A DNA stretch of 64,000 bases from Octopus sinensis (taxonomy: Eukaryota), in contig NC_043014.1 in NCBI RefSeq assembly GCF_006345805.1, positions 35,836,001 through 35,900,000 on the forward strand, written 5' to 3'. Below the pieces are notes generated by a model. It was not told the origin of the DNA and did not search any database. It saw nothing but the letters and a program-made list of their open reading frames with translations. Both the position numbers and the translations under genes were made by a program. Within the stretch, counting starts at the first letter, position 1. Each line of letters starts with the position of its first letter. Shown piece by piece: positions 62,342 to 64,000 of the stretch.

Positions 62342-62745
62342 AGGCGTAGGCGTAGCTGTGTGATAAGAAGCTTGCCTCCCAATCACGTGGTTCCAGGTTC
62401 AGTCCCTCTGCGTGGCACCTTGACTATCACCTTGGGAAAGTGTCATCTATTATAGACTCGGGTCGACTAAAGCCTTGTGAGTGGATTTGGTAGGCGGAAA
62501 CTGAAAGAAGCTCGTCGTATACGTGTGTGTGTATTTGTCTCTCCCCCCCCCCCCGCCGCCCCAGCACCGCTTGACGATCGGTGTTGGTGTGTTACGTACC
62601 CGTAACTTAGGGGTTCGACAAAAGAGACCGATAAAATAAGTACTAGGCTTAAAAACAAAGTTCTGAGGTCGATTTGTTCGGCTAAAATCCTTCACAGCGG
62701 TAATCCAGCATGGCCGCAGTCAAATGACTGAAACTCAAAAAAAAA
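62342..62745 (+). mobile_element. SINE family A, diverged
   Basis: Head, CORE-like segment, 3' module and tail. Confidence 0.8.
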
Positions 62746-63057
62746 AGAGAAATAAAAGCTATACTGCAAACTGTTATTTGGGAACAACCTAGGACAGACA
62801 GGCTGGTAGGAGTTTTGAGAGAAAGGGGGGTAGAAAAAGAGAGAGAGAGAGAGAGATACTAAGGGAGATACAGAGAGAGAGAGAGAGAAAGAACAAAGCG
62901 AGAGAAAGACAGACAAAAAGAGATAGACAGGAAGAAGTGGGAAGGTATAGCAATATATGTGGTGGCTATTTTCTATATGATAAAGCTTAGGGTTTAAGTC
63001 ACGACCTATCTTTGTGAAAGTTACCTTTCATAAAGCTACCATTATGAAAGGTTGTAT

Positions 63058-63098
<41 letters not shown>

Positions 63099-63207
63099 TT
63101 CCTTTGTCATAACTACATACCTGTCTACCTACCTTCTTGGTGGTAATGGTGGCAGTGGTTGCTTTGACAACAGCAGCAGTAGTAGTAGCAGTAGTAGTAG
63201 CAGTAGC

Positions 63208-63254
<47 letters not shown>

Positions 63255-64000
63255 AAGTAGTGGTGGTGGTGGTGGTGGTGCCGGCGGCGGTGGCAGCGGA
63301 AGTAGTAGTTGTAGTAGTAGTTGTAGTAGTAGTAGTAGTAGTAGTAGTTATGGTGATGGTATTGAGAGTGTGTGTGTGTGCATGTTGTGACAAGTATATC
63401 TGTGTTGTATTGACTCGGGTGAACATTTTTTTAAAAACTCTTCTCTCACCCCACTCCAGAACAAAATTCCTCTTCTTATCAGCTCCTTCACACACCCACC
63501 CGGTTCCACATCTGACCCTCTCGTTTTGTCTCACCTTTCCCCCTCTTACCTGCCTCTTTTCCCTCCTCCCCCTTTCTTTCTCTTTCTTTTATCTCTCTTT
63601 CGTCCTATCTACCTGTGTGTGTGTGTGTGTGTGTGTGTGTATACATTACTAATTCTTTAGAATTAGCTTTATTGTACACGTTTGACCTAAATAGTTAAGT
63701 AGATTGAGATTAGTAAACAATAAACAAACAAACAAGCCGGATTGATAGCGTGTGTGTGTGTGTGTGTCCGATTTATTACTTGTTTCAGCCGTTAGACTGC
63801 GGCTATGCTTGCTTACCGCCTTGAATTTTTGTTCAACGGACCGACCCAATATTTTTTCGAAGCCTGGTACTGATTCTATAGGTCTATTTTGCCGGTCAAA
63901 CCGCTAAGTTTTCGGAACGTAAACGCACTGATACCGGTTGTCAAGCGATGGTGGGAAACAAACTCAGACACGCACACACACACACACACACATGCATGCA

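Overview
AT-rich, microsatellite-saturated animal genomic DNA; the SINE and LINE repertoire points to an octopus (coleoid cephalopod) genome, which is an inference from repeat families. The only host coding sequence I can support is the last two exons of a DEG/ENaC (ASIC/FaNaC-family) ion-channel gene at 1430-1521 and 2455-2591 (+). The other ~61 kb is mostly transposable elements: four tRNA-derived SINE families, CR1-, R4/Dong- and RTE-like LINE pieces, non-autonomous Helitrons, hAT, Merlin and pogo MITEs, and fossil Tc1, mariner, piggyBac, Chapaev3 and Sailor-like (DD81E) transposases. The most striking signal is a dense set of Penelope-like element (PLE) remnants in (TA)n tracts. Several carry type I hammerhead ribozymes with minimal palindromic stem III (41283-41375, 41659-41701, 54773-54833, 55589-55674, plus degenerate copies). 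They often form fold-back palindromes or head-to-head fusions of two different PLE families, which suggests double-primed insertion into (TA)n. There is a 100-N assembly gap at 56602-56701. Nearly all ORFs in the supplied track are microsatellite or repeat artefacts. No CRISPR array, rRNA or true tRNA gene was found. Many repeat boundaries are approximate (about +/-10-20 nt).
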